Assembly (NCBI GenBank): GCA_031277225.1
Contig: JAITMQ010000003.1
Coordinates: 1 to 52,916, forward strand
Source: Clostridiales bacterium
Lineage (GTDB): Bacteria > Bacillota > Clostridia > Lachnospirales > WRAX01
Direction of reading: 5' to 3'
DNA: 52,916 bases
Positions within the stretch are counted from its first letter, which is position 1. The number at the start of each line of letters is the position of its first letter. This document shows positions 9,226 through 18,032 of this stretch, piece after piece. The position numbers and the translations under genes were made by a program. The notes beneath the pieces are model-generated. The model ran no database searches and was not told where the DNA came from. It worked only from the letters and a program-made list of their open reading frames with translations.

Positions 9226-10518
9226 TCATTCCAACAGCATTTCGGCGACCTTATGCACGTCGCCCGCACCCATGGTTATCGCCATATCACCGGGCGCGAG
9301 ATGCTCGGCAAGATGCTTTGCGGCGGCCTCAAATGACGGTATATAGCGGCTTTGCGGGATTTTCGCGGCCAAATCTTTGGCGTGAATGGGGGACTCGTCC
9401 TCCTCGCGCCCCGCGGGCTTATAAATGTCCAAAATCAAGACCTCATCGGCAATTCGCAGGCTTTCGGCAAATTCGTCCAGAAATTCGGCGGTGCGCCCCG
9501 GGGTATGCGGCTGAAAAATGGCCCAAATCCGCGCGGGATTAAGGGATTTTGCGGCCTGCAGGGTTGCGGACACCTCGGTGGGATGATGGGCATAATCGTC
9601 GATAATTTCGGCATCGTTAAAGCGTCCCTTGCGCTCAAAACGCCGCAATGCGCCCGTAAAGCCCTGCAACGCATGGGCAATTTTGCCCTCGTCCAAGCCA
9701 CAAAAGCGCGCGGCCAAAATTGCGGCCTTTGCATTGGAAATATTATGCTCGCCCGGAACATTCAAACTAAAACCAAGTCGCTCCTCCCCATATGTCAAAA
9801 CCTGACAATCAAGCCCATCAACAATTTCGTGAATTTCGTGAATTTCGTGGTTAATAATCAGCAGACCATCGGGCGGAATGAGTTCCGCAAATTTACGAAA
9901 AGAAGCCCGAAGCCCCGCCTCATTCCCAAAATAGTCGCTATGGTCCATTTCGATATTTAGAATTATTCCAATAAATGGATGAAATTGTAAAAAGCTGTCA
10001 TGATATTCACATGCCTCGGCGATAAAATATTTGCGATTGCCGCCAATACGCATTGTGCCGCCCATGGCAGGCAAAACCCCGCCATTCATCACGGTTGGGT
10101 CGGCTTCTGCCGCCATAAAAATTTCGGCCAACATGGACGTGGTGGTCGTTTTTCCATGTGTTCCGGCCACGCAAATTGCAGAGCTGTAATTTCGCATTAA
10201 AAGCCCCAAAAGCGCGGGGCGTTCCAAAAATTTCAGCCCGCGCGCGCGCGCCGCCGCCATTTCGGGATTTTTGGCGGGAACGGCGGCATTATAGACCACA
10301 ACCTCGGCTGAATCGGGCAAATTTGCGGCATCATGTCCAATGCTGACATTAATTCCAAGCCCGCGCAAATGCGCCACCAGCGGCGAATCCGCCTTATCCG
10401 ACCCGGAAACAGAATATCCCGCCAAAAACAAAACCTCGGCCAAGGCCGACATATTAACGCCACCAATTCCCACGAAGTGGAAATTTCTATAATCGAATCC
10501 TAAATCGAATTTCTGCAT
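9226..10518 (-). CDS. murC: UDP-N-acetylmuramate--L-alanine ligase
   Basis: FHFVGIGGVNMSALAEVL N-terminus, P-loop GTHGKTTTTSM, and Mur ligase C-terminal DDYAHHPTE. It contains an in-frame triple 9-nt repeat (HEIHEIHEI). Confidence 0.95.
   Translation of the reverse strand: MQKFDLGFDYRNFHFVGIGGVNMSALAEVLFLAGYSVSGSDKADSPLVAHLRGLGINVSIGHDAANLPDSAEVVVYNAAVPAKNPEMAAARARGLKFLERPALLGLLMRNYSSAICVAGTHGKTTTTSMLAEIFMAAEADPTVMNGGVLPAMGGTMRIGGNRKYFIAEACEYHDSFLQFHPFIGIILNIEMDHSDYFGNEAGLRASFRKFAELIPPDGLLIINHEIHEIHEIVDGLDCQVLTYGEERLGFSLNVPGEHNISNAKAAILAARFCGLDEGKIAHALQGFTGALRRFERKGRFNDAEIIDDYAHHPTEVSATLQAAKSLNPARIWAIFQPHTPGRTAEFLDEFAESLRIADEVLILDIYKPAGREEDESPIHAKDLAAKIPQSRYIPSFEAAAKHLAEHLAPGDMAITMGAGDVHKVAEMLLE
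9823..9849. repeat. Perfect 9-nt tandem repeat x3 (AATTTCGTG) inside murC
   Basis: Three identical units at 9823-9831, 9832-9840 and 9841-9849. The repeat is in frame and encodes (H-E-I)x3 on the minus strand. Confidence 0.95.
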
Positions 10519-10529
10519 AAATCCTCCCT

Positions 10530-10563
10530 CTAATTTCTAATTTCTAATCTCTAGTTTAGATTA
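10530..10563. repeat. Heptamer tandem repeat (CTAATTT-like) x~5 between the DUF4153-like gene and murC
   Basis: CTAA/CTAG at 10530, 10537, 10544 and 10551. The repeat gives TAA/TAG in three plus-strand frames and TAG in three minus-strand frames. It lies immediately upstream (minus sense) of the murC RBS GGGAGGA. Confidence 0.85.
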
Positions 10564-10595
10564 TACATTATTTTCGGAAAAAATAAACATCTTTT

Positions 10596-11846
10596 TTAAT
10601 TGAACCAAGCAATAAACGCATCGGGATTTAAATAACCCAGCGCGACATACCAAATTAGCAGCAGCAGGGCAGCCAAAACCAACACGGGAAGCCGCTTCCA
10701 AAACAGGCGAATGGCGCAAAGCGCGACTGTTGCGGCCATATAGAGGATGAACCAGGCGGAAAGCAGGCGCAGCCATGTCATGCCAAAGACCTCAATATAG
10801 AGATTTAGGCGAACCGCGCCCGAAATCAGCATTACGACGGTTAGGGCAAGCAGAGCCATCAGTAGGGCGCGCAGGAATTTGCGGCCGGCCTCCTTTGGCC
10901 CAAAGCGCAGGAAAATGCCGAAAATCAGCAGATTTATGGCGCAAACGGCCACGGTTTGGGCAAAGCCCGCGCGGGCATATTCGGCATAGGTCAGCCCGGC
11001 GGGAAGGCCCGCGCCCGCAAAAAGATAAGTGAATTGGATAATGCAAAACAGGATGTAAATTAAAATTACGCTGCCCAGCACTATCCCCGAAATTACGGGG
11101 TCTATGGCGAATTTTTCGGGTATGCGGCGAATTTTATTTTCGCCCATGCCGATATTCCACAAAAACGAGTAGAACAGGCCAAAGGCGATGATTATCACGG
11201 TCAGATGGAATAGCAGACTGCGGATATTAAAATTCGCGAAAATTCGGCTTATATAGTGGTTAAAAACCTGGTCTGCGCCCATTAACAGCGGAATTATGAC
11301 CGCCATAACCACCACAGCCACGCCCGCGCCGATTAGCACACGAAGCGCAAGCGGCCTGTTCTTTTTCGTGAAGAGCGAGCCGACGGCTTCAAATAGCGGC
11401 ACAAGGCCTGTAAAGGGCTTGACAAATGCGCCAAAAATCCAGGCCAAAGCCATTCCTTCGGAATTTTTTAGCGTGAAGCCGCACGCCGTCCATTGGGCGT
11501 GCGCCATTAGCACGGCGGGAATTACAAAAAATGTAATTGCGGCGAATTGCCAATTATGCCCACTTTGTCCGAAGGCGAAATTCCAGATACAAAGCGCGGT
11601 TACGCAAATGGCTACGAACCAGGCAACGCTGTCGCGCTTGAGTTTTGACCAATAGAAAGCGTAGAAAATCGCCAGATAGCACAGCCAAAAAATGGCAGAA
11701 AAGAATGTCAAGTCTTGGAAAATATTTGCGACCATCAGGCGGTCGAATAGGATTGCCAGAGCCAAAGCTATGGGCAACAACAGCCTTTCCGCCAAAATTC
11801 GCTGTTTTGCATTAGTTATTGTCATGTATTCCATCTCCTTCCACAT
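10596..11846 (-). CDS. Polytopic membrane protein (DUF4153/DUF4173-like)
   Basis: At least 10 hydrophobic segments. It overlaps the stop of the upstream small HTH gene. An internal start near 11825 (MTITNAK) is possible. The family name is recalled from memory only. Confidence 0.7.
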   Translation of the reverse strand: MWKEMEYMTITNAKQRILAERLLLPIALALAILFDRLMVANIFQDLTFFSAIFWLCYLAIFYAFYWSKLKRDSVAWFVAICVTALCIWNFAFGQSGHNWQFAAITFFVIPAVLMAHAQWTACGFTLKNSEGMALAWIFGAFVKPFTGLVPLFEAVGSLFTKKNRPLALRVLIGAGVAVVVMAVIIPLLMGADQVFNHYISRIFANFNIRSLLFHLTVIIIAFGLFYSFLWNIGMGENKIRRIPEKFAIDPVISGIVLGSVILIYILFCIIQFTYLFAGAGLPAGLTYAEYARAGFAQTVAVCAINLLIFGIFLRFGPKEAGRKFLRALLMALLALTVVMLISGAVRLNLYIEVFGMTWLRLLSAWFILYMAATVALCAIRLFWKRLPVLVLAALLLLIWYVALGYLNPDAFIAWFN

Positions 11847-12036
11847 ATTCCAAAATATCCCCGGGCTGGCAATTAAGCTCTTTGCACAGCCTCGCCAAAG
11901 TCGAAAATCTTATGGCCTTGCCCTTGCCGTTTTTCAGAATCGAAAGATTCGCCTGTGTTATATCCACACGCGCGGCAAGCTCTCCAAGCCCAATTTTGCG
12001 CCTTGCCATCATGACATCCAAATTTATTCTAATCAT
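11812..12036 (-). CDS. Small XRE/Cro-type HTH regulator (YozG-like)
   Basis: MIRINLDVMMARRKIGLGELAARVDITQANLSILKNGKGKAIRFSTLARLCKELNCQPGDILEY is the typical 70-aa YozG-type HTH. Confidence 0.88.
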   Translation of the reverse strand: MIRINLDVMMARRKIGLGELAARVDITQANLSILKNGKGKAIRFSTLARLCKELNCQPGDILEYVEGDGIHDNN

Positions 12037-12046
12037 GGCGCACCCC

Positions 12047-12505
12047 CTAAATCGTAAGGTCGTTTTCCTCGCGAAAAACGACGGATTGGCGGATTAGGGC
12101 GGCGAGAGTGAAGGCGAAAAGCCCGCTTAGGACAAAGAAAAAGACGCAAAACAGCGTTAGGACGGTTAGGAAGAAGAAACATTTGAAGATAAAGGCCGCC
12201 GCCAATGCGATTAAAAGCACGCCAATTCGGTATAGAGCGCGGACATTTCGCATGACGAAGGGGCCTTTTGGAATGGAATTCATCATCCAAATCATTTCCA
12301 AAACAATCCATAGGGCGGGCGCGGCCACCACCATTAAAAAGGGCAGGATAAAGTCCCAATAGGCCGCGCCGAGGGCGTTAAAGCCCCATATGAGCCGGAC
12401 ATAGAAGTCCAGCATGAAGGGCAGGGTTGCGGCACCGGCCAGGCCGACGACAAAAATCGCGTATAATGCGATTCTTAAAATGCGGCTGAAAATTGATTCT
12501 TGCAT
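12047..12505 (-). CDS. DUF2975-like membrane protein
   Basis: ATG 12505 is preceded by GGAGGAAT. The protein has four hydrophobic segments. A DUF2975-like gene followed by a YozG-type HTH is a known gene order. Confidence 0.7.
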   Translation of the reverse strand: MQESIFSRILRIALYAIFVVGLAGAATLPFMLDFYVRLIWGFNALGAAYWDFILPFLMVVAAPALWIVLEMIWMMNSIPKGPFVMRNVRALYRIGVLLIALAAAFIFKCFFFLTVLTLFCVFFFVLSGLFAFTLAALIRQSVVFREENDLTI

Positions 12506-12517
12506 AATTCCTCCTTC

Positions 12518-12540
12518 GGGCGACCGAGGGCGGTCGCCCC
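12518..12540. repeat. Palindromic element GGGCGACCG-AGGG-CGGTCGCCCC (family A, copy 2)
   Basis: The same stem appears at 7338-7357 and 41112-41135. Here it sits between the minus-strand promoter and the RBS of the DUF2975-like gene. Confidence 0.9.
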
Positions 12541-12554
12541 TACGTTTTTTAACC

Positions 12555-12583
12555 ATTATACACCGGAATAAGTTGAATGTCAA
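12555..12583 (-). promoter_or_regulatory. Sigma-A-type promoter (TTGACA-17-TATAAT) for the DUF2975/HTH/membrane operon
   Basis: The minus strand reads TTGACA (12583-12578), a 17-nt spacer, then TATAAT (12560-12555). Confidence 0.65.
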
Positions 12584-12680
12584 TAACAAATTATCGAAAA
12601 ACAATAAATTTTTATCGTTGCCATATGGCGCGGCATATAAGCCACCCTCAGCCGCTACTTGCGGGTCGCAACAAATAATG

Positions 12681-12709
12681 TTGACAAACTTGGCAAATTA
12701 TGATAAATT
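12681..12709 (+). promoter_or_regulatory. Sigma-A-type promoter for the activase cluster
   Basis: TTGACA (12681-12686), a 17-nt spacer, then TAAATT (12704-12709) with a TGn extended -10. Confidence 0.55.
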
Positions 12710-12738
12710 AAAGTCATGATTACATAGGGGGTGCGAGT

Positions 12739-13668
12739 TTGAAGAAGGTAAAAATCGGAATTCCTAAGGCTTTGTTGTATTATAAATACCAGGTCATGTG
12801 GCGCAGTTTTTTTGAGGAGCTGGGCCTTGAGGTCGTGGTTAGCCCAAATACAAATAAGGCCATTTTGGACTTGGGCACAAATTCGTCAATCGACGAAAGT
12901 TGCACTTCCGCAAAGATTTATATGGGCCATGTGGAGTGGCTTATAGGCAAATGCGACTATATTTTTGTGCCGCGAATTGTAAGCTATGAGGGCGGCGACA
13001 TCACCTGCACGAAATTTCACGGAATTTATGACATTGTGCGCGCAACTTTTCCGGCCGCCAAATTTTTGCACTACAATGTAGATTATGCCGAGGGTCATAC
13101 GCAAGAAAAGGCCTATAGCAAGCTTGGCAAGGAATTGGGCGCAAAGCCTGCGGCCGTTAAGCTGGCCTATGAAAACGCGCTTAATGCCCTGAAAAATTAT
13201 GAAAAAGGCCTGGAAAGCAGGCAGGAGGCACTTGTTTGCGCCGAAAGTCTAAAGGTTTTGGTTGTGGCGCATCCTTATAATATTTACGACAAGCTTATCG
13301 GCGAACCTATTGTTAAGGCGCTGGAGGAGCTTAATGTGGGCGTGCTTTATGCCGACATTCCCGACACCATCGACATGTGCAAGCAGTCAAAAACCCTGTC
13401 TGACTCTATGTATTGGCGTTATAATAAGGAATTGGTCGGCGCAATCGGTCATTATAAGGACGATATTGACGGCATAATTTTCATGGCAACTTTTCCCTGC
13501 GGCCCCGATTCGTTGGCAATTGAGCTTTTAATGCGCAAACTTAAGGAAATTCCCATGACGACGCTGATTGTGGACTCAAATTTTGGCGAGGCGGGAATTC
13601 AAACCCGAATCGAGAGTTTTATTGATATTATCGAGGCTAAGAAAAAGGAGGCGGCTCATGCAGTATAG
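12739..13668 (+). CDS. Acyl-CoA dehydratase activase-related protein (DUF2229-type), subunit 1
   Basis: KIGIPKALLYYKY N-terminus, DESCTSAKIYMGH, and FPCGPDS...IVDSNFGEAGIQTRIESF are typical of CoA-enzyme-activase-associated domains. The start codon is TTG. Confidence 0.78.
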   Translation: MKKVKIGIPKALLYYKYQVMWRSFFEELGLEVVVSPNTNKAILDLGTNSSIDESCTSAKIYMGHVEWLIGKCDYIFVPRIVSYEGGDITCTKFHGIYDIVRATFPAAKFLHYNVDYAEGHTQEKAYSKLGKELGAKPAAVKLAYENALNALKNYEKGLESRQEALVCAESLKVLVVAHPYNIYDKLIGEPIVKALEELNVGVLYADIPDTIDMCKQSKTLSDSMYWRYNKELVGAIGHYKDDIDGIIFMATFPCGPDSLAIELLMRKLKEIPMTTLIVDSNFGEAGIQTRIESFIDIIEAKKKEAAHAV

Positions 13669-14734
13669 GATTTCTTTTCCACATATGGGAAAATATTATA
13701 TTCCCATTAAAAAGGCCATGGAGGCATTTGTAGGCAATTATGGCGAGGTAATTTTGCCGCCGCCCATAACCAAGCGCACTATAGAGCTGGGCGCGCTTCA
13801 CAGCCCCGATTTCGTTTGTGTTCCTTTTAAATATACTTTGGGTAATTTTATTGAGGCGCTGGAAAATGGCGCAAATGTGTTGTTTCAAATTGCGGGGGAC
13901 TGCCGCCTGGGCTTTTATAGCGAGGTGCAGGAGCAAATTCTGCAAGACTTGGACTTTGACTTCACTTTCCATATGATGGAATTAAATGGCAAAAATGCGA
14001 AGGGACTGTATGAGGTCTTTAAGGCCATGAATCCCGAGCTTACGCTACCAAAAGTTGTGTCAACGCTGGCCGTGGTTGTGCGCATTGTCTATGCTATGGA
14101 CGGAATTGAGAAATACATACGCCAAAATATCGGCTTTGAGGTCGAAAAGGGCGGATTTGAGCGCATTGAGAAGCAATTTTTGGCGGAAATTGCCACGGCG
14201 GAAACCATGCCGCAGGCGGGTAGAATTTTCAAGAAATACCTTAAGAAACTTAAGACCGTGGCACTGAACAAGCCCGCAAAACCCCTTAGAGTCGGCGTTG
14301 TGGGCGAGCTTTATGTGTTGATGGAGCCTTTTTCGAATTATTTTATCGAGAAAGAGCTGGCAAAATTCGGAATCGAAGTCGAACGTTTTATAACCGCGTC
14401 CTATTTGATTTTCTCGACACAGCACAATGTTAAGAAAATTTTAAAACAGGCGGATGGTTATGTCAGCTATGAAATTGGCGCAGACGGCACGGACAGCGTG
14501 GCCAAAAGCGTTGTTATGGCCAAAAAGGGCTATGACGGAATCATTCATTTAAAGCCATTCGGCTGTACGCCGGAGGTTAATTCGATTCCCATGGTGAATA
14601 AAATTAGCGAGGATTTTGAAATCCCCGTATTATATTTCAGTTTCGACGCGCAAACGTCGGAAACGGGCGTAAAAACAAGGCTTGAGGCCTTTTATGATAT
14701 GTTGGAAATGAAGAAGAGGGGGCGGGCGTTATGA
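13658..14734 (+). CDS. Acyl-CoA dehydratase activase-related protein (DUF2229-type), subunit 2
   Basis: ATG 13658 follows AAGGAGG. Motifs are HSPDFVCVPFKYTLGNF, GDCRLGFY and KPFGCTPEVNS...FDAQTSETGVKTRLEAF. It overlaps the neighbouring genes by 11 nt upstream and 4 nt downstream. Confidence 0.78.
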   Translation: MQYRISFPHMGKYYIPIKKAMEAFVGNYGEVILPPPITKRTIELGALHSPDFVCVPFKYTLGNFIEALENGANVLFQIAGDCRLGFYSEVQEQILQDLDFDFTFHMMELNGKNAKGLYEVFKAMNPELTLPKVVSTLAVVVRIVYAMDGIEKYIRQNIGFEVEKGGFERIEKQFLAEIATAETMPQAGRIFKKYLKKLKTVALNKPAKPLRVGVVGELYVLMEPFSNYFIEKELAKFGIEVERFITASYLIFSTQHNVKKILKQADGYVSYEIGADGTDSVAKSVVMAKKGYDGIIHLKPFGCTPEVNSIPMVNKISEDFEIPVLYFSFDAQTSETGVKTRLEAFYDMLEMKKRGRAL

Positions 14735-15672
14735 AGGCCTATTTAGGCGTGGATATTGGCAGCATTTCAACGAAAGGCGTAATTATCGACGGCGATAATC
14801 GCATAATTGCAAATGAATATTTATGGACAGAAGGCAATCCAATTGCGGCCGTAAAAGGCGTGGTCGAGTCGCTTCAAAAGCAGATTGCCCCCGAAGTGCA
14901 GGTTATGGCCGTGGGCACGACGGGTTCTGCGCGCAAGCTTATCGGCGTTGTGCTTAATGCACAAATTGTTAAGAATGAAATAACCACTCATGCAATCGGA
15001 ACAATGAGTCGCGTTCCCGATGTTCGCACAATTTTAGAGATTGGCGGGCAGGATTCCAAAATTATCCTATTGCGCAACGGCATTGTTACGGACTATGCCA
15101 TGAATACGATTTGCGCGGCCGGCACGGGGTCTTTCTTAATGTCGCAGGCCAAGCGGCTGGGTCTGGCTATTGAGGAGCTGGGCGAAATGGCCCTGCAGTC
15201 CGAAAATCCGACAAGAATCGCCGCGCGTTGCACGGTTTTCGCGGAATCCGATTTGGTGCATAAGGCGCAAATTGGCCACAAAAAAGAGGATATTGTCGCG
15301 GGAATTTGCACAGCCGTTGTCAATAATTACCTAAACAATGTCGGCAAGGGCAAGCGCATACTCGCTCCCATCGTTTTCCAGGGCGGCGTAAGCAAAAATG
15401 TCGGCGTTGTGCGCGCTTTTGAGCAAATCCTCGGCCATGAAATTTATGTGGACGAATTCGGGCATCTCATGGGCTGCCTGGGTGCGGCCGTCCTCGCCAA
15501 AAACAGCGGCGTTGAGCAACTTTTCGACTTTAATATACAAGAAGTAGACTTCGTAACAAAAGGCCGCGAATGTGAGCTCTGCTCCAACAATTGCGAAATA
15601 ATCTATATCTATCGCAACAACGAAGTCCTCGACGCCTGGGGCAATCGCTGCGAGCGGGGGCTTTCGGCCTAA
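14731..15672 (+). CDS. BadF/BadG/BcrA/BcrD-type ATPase (2-hydroxyacyl-CoA dehydratase activase-like)
   Basis: LGVDIGSISTKGV, AVGTTGSARK and EIGGQDSKII match the family. The cluster-bridging Cys contexts NTICAAGTGSF and ARCTVFAESD are present. A C-terminal CxxCxxxC...C tail follows. Confidence 0.9.
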   Translation: MKAYLGVDIGSISTKGVIIDGDNRIIANEYLWTEGNPIAAVKGVVESLQKQIAPEVQVMAVGTTGSARKLIGVVLNAQIVKNEITTHAIGTMSRVPDVRTILEIGGQDSKIILLRNGIVTDYAMNTICAAGTGSFLMSQAKRLGLAIEELGEMALQSENPTRIAARCTVFAESDLVHKAQIGHKKEDIVAGICTAVVNNYLNNVGKGKRILAPIVFQGGVSKNVGVVRAFEQILGHEIYVDEFGHLMGCLGAAVLAKNSGVEQLFDFNIQEVDFVTKGRECELCSNNCEIIYIYRNNEVLDAWGNRCERGLSA

Positions 15673-15692
15673 TTGAATTGTTGGTGATATTT

Positions 15693-16622
15693 ATGCTTAA
15701 AAAAACGCAAAGCTTCACCTATATTGACTTATTTGCCGGCATCGGCGGTTTTCATCAGGCGGCCTCATCTTTGGGCGGCCTATGTGTGTTTGCAAGCGAA
15801 ATTGACACCGAGGCACAAAGGGCATATGAAGCAAATTATGCCATTAAACCGCATGGTGATATTACACAAATCTCCGCCGATGAAATACCCGACCACGATA
15901 TTTTGTTTGCGGGATTTCCTTGTCAGGCATTTAGTATTTGCGGAAATATGCGTGGTTTTGAGGATACGCGGGGAACGTTGTTTTTTGATATTGCGCGCAT
16001 TTTAAAGCAAAAAATGCCGCCAATGTTTATCCTTGAAAATGTAAAGCAATTGAGCACGCACGACAGAGGGCGAACCCTTAAGACAATTTTGGCAACACTT
16101 GAAGGGCTGGGATATAAAGTTTATTGGAAAATCCTTAATGCTTTAGATTTTGGCTTGCCGCAAAAACGAGAGCGAACGATAATTGTAGGTTTTTTAAACC
16201 ACAACGCAAACTTTGGCTTTCCGCAAACTATTGGCTCCGGGAAACTTGAGGATATACTTGAGAATGATTCCAGCATTGACCCCAAGTTTTTTGCGAGCGA
16301 GCATATAGTGGCTAAGCGCAGACGCAGCCATATTAGTAAACATAGCCCGGGCATTTGGCATGAAAATAAGGCGGGAAATATAACCAGTTATCCTTATTCC
16401 TGCGCCTTAAGGGCAGGAGCATCATATAACTATTTGCTTGTAAACGGAATTCGGAGGCCAACAATGCGTGAATTACTTAGGCTACAGGGCTTTCCGGATT
16501 CATTTAAAATAGTCTGCAACGACAGCCAAACCCGAAAGCAGGCAGGAAATGCCGTGCCTGTAAACATGATTAAGGCAGTATTAAAGGAGGCTTTATATGC
16601 AACGTCCGCGATTGCGCGATAA
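15693..16622 (+). CDS. DNA (cytosine-5)-methyltransferase (type II)
   Basis: Motif I DLFAGIGGF, motif IV GFPCQAFS, motif VI ENV, motif VIII QKRERTIIVGF, motif IX LRLQGFPDSF and motif X GNAVPVN. ATG 15693 was chosen over the ORF-track start at 15591. Confidence 0.93.
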   Translation: MLKKTQSFTYIDLFAGIGGFHQAASSLGGLCVFASEIDTEAQRAYEANYAIKPHGDITQISADEIPDHDILFAGFPCQAFSICGNMRGFEDTRGTLFFDIARILKQKMPPMFILENVKQLSTHDRGRTLKTILATLEGLGYKVYWKILNALDFGLPQKRERTIIVGFLNHNANFGFPQTIGSGKLEDILENDSSIDPKFFASEHIVAKRRRSHISKHSPGIWHENKAGNITSYPYSCALRAGASYNYLLVNGIRRPTMRELLRLQGFPDSFKIVCNDSQTRKQAGNAVPVNMIKAVLKEALYATSAIAR

Positions 16623-17325
16623 TAGGGGGCGCGGGCCATTTGAACTTTACCCGCTTGGCCAAATTCCCGCAGAAAATATTTACGAAATCGGAAAATGGTT
16701 CGTATATCGATATTCGGTGGGCAATAAAGATATAAACGGGAGTGAATGGGGAGATATTTTTGCAAATGGCATTAATGGAGAACATTTAAGCAGCCCACTA
16801 GGCCTTGCCGATGTGGTGCACGAAAATATGGCATGGTCTACAAAAACCGTTAAACACAATAATCCACATAGCCAGCAAAAGGTCAGGGTTATTTCCGGAC
16901 GATGCTCTCCCGACTATTCATATGGCATAACAGACCCCCACGAAGACATACAAAAAACCGGAACCGCCGTACTGTCCATTTATAATGAGCGCATAAATAT
17001 CGCCAAAGACCGCTTCGAGCCTTTGCGCGCAATAATTCTTATTCGTAACTTTGAAAGATTTGAATTTGTTTTATTTGAAGATGATGTACATAGATATGTA
17101 ACCTCGGAATATAGATGGCGCAAAAACAGCAATGGCAATTTACAAGGCCATGATTCGGCAGGCAGGCATTGTTTTACGTGGCAACCCCACGGTTCGCAAT
17201 TTACGGTTTTATACGATGTGCCGTCATCGGCAATTAAATTCACGGTAAAACAGCCCCCTGTGCTGGATTTTGATAAAACTCTTATGCAAATTGGATTTGA
17301 TGAAAGCTGGATAAAAATTTTATAG
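16597..17325 (+). CDS. Putative type II restriction endonuclease (cognate of the C5-MTase)
   Basis: ATG 16597 follows AAGGAGG and overlaps the MTase 3' end by 26 nt. The size (242 aa) and position fit a REase. No family was recognised, and only a weak PD...(S/T)xK-like stretch was seen (LADVVHENMAWSTK). Confidence 0.5.
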   Translation: MQRPRLRDNRGRGPFELYPLGQIPAENIYEIGKWFVYRYSVGNKDINGSEWGDIFANGINGEHLSSPLGLADVVHENMAWSTKTVKHNNPHSQQKVRVISGRCSPDYSYGITDPHEDIQKTGTAVLSIYNERINIAKDRFEPLRAIILIRNFERFEFVLFEDDVHRYVTSEYRWRKNSNGNLQGHDSAGRHCFTWQPHGSQFTVLYDVPSSAIKFTVKQPPVLDFDKTLMQIGFDESWIKIL

Positions 17326-17343
17326 GAGCAAAGGGGGTTTGAT

Positions 17344-18021
17344 GTGAAAAAGGGATGGTTTTTGGTTTTGATTTTGGTGTTTTTGGTTGCTTGCGTTTCG
17401 GAGGGCGAGGATGGCGGCTTTGCGCGGGATGCCGAGGCGGGGTTTTCTTCTACTTGGGCGCGAAATTCTACGCATTTTTTCTTTTTGCCGCATAGTGGCG
17501 CAATTTATCGCCTGCCATTTGGCAATATTGAGCGGGGTGAGGCGGTTCTTTTTAGCGCAGACGGCGAAATTGAGATTGTTGGAATCAGCGAGAATTACCT
17601 ATTCATCAGCTTTAGAAGCGGCGATTGGGAGGCGCGCAATTACGCCACCTATCGCCTGTCGCTTGAAGAATTTGAGCCGGAGCTACTTGACTCCGGCATA
17701 TATTACGGCCTACCACGCCTTCACGCCGCCGGCGCGTCAATTTTGTTTACCCACGCAAATGTCGACGAAGGGCGCGTTTGGATTGAGGCTCTCAGCCTTG
17801 AAACGGGCGCGCGCCGCATAATTTACGAGTTTGACAGCCAAAATTTTACCAGTTTTAACACGGGCTGGTGGCAGATGGAAAATAATGCCGTTGCATTCAT
17901 AAATAGCAGCTGGGGCGGCGCGGAGGGCGGTTCTGACTTCATTTTCATAGATTCGCAACTTAGGGCGCGGCGGATTCAGCTTGACGAAATCGAAAATCTC
18001 CCCCATGGCAACCGCAACTGA
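17344..18021 (+). CDS. Lipoprotein, hypothetical (beta-propeller-like?)
   Basis: GTG start and lipobox LVFLVAC. No recognisable catalytic motif. Confidence 0.6.
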   Translation: MKKGWFLVLILVFLVACVSEGEDGGFARDAEAGFSSTWARNSTHFFFLPHSGAIYRLPFGNIERGEAVLFSADGEIEIVGISENYLFISFRSGDWEARNYATYRLSLEEFEPELLDSGIYYGLPRLHAAGASILFTHANVDEGRVWIEALSLETGARRIIYEFDSQNFTSFNTGWWQMENNAVAFINSSWGGAEGGSDFIFIDSQLRARRIQLDEIENLPHGNRN

Positions 18022-18032
18022 TTGTTAATGAT

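Noticed and set aside
15591-15692. Upstream extension of the C5-methyltransferase ORF overlapping the activase gene.
   Set aside because: Motif I begins a few residues after ATG 15693, and the extension is an out-of-frame read of the activase 3' end.
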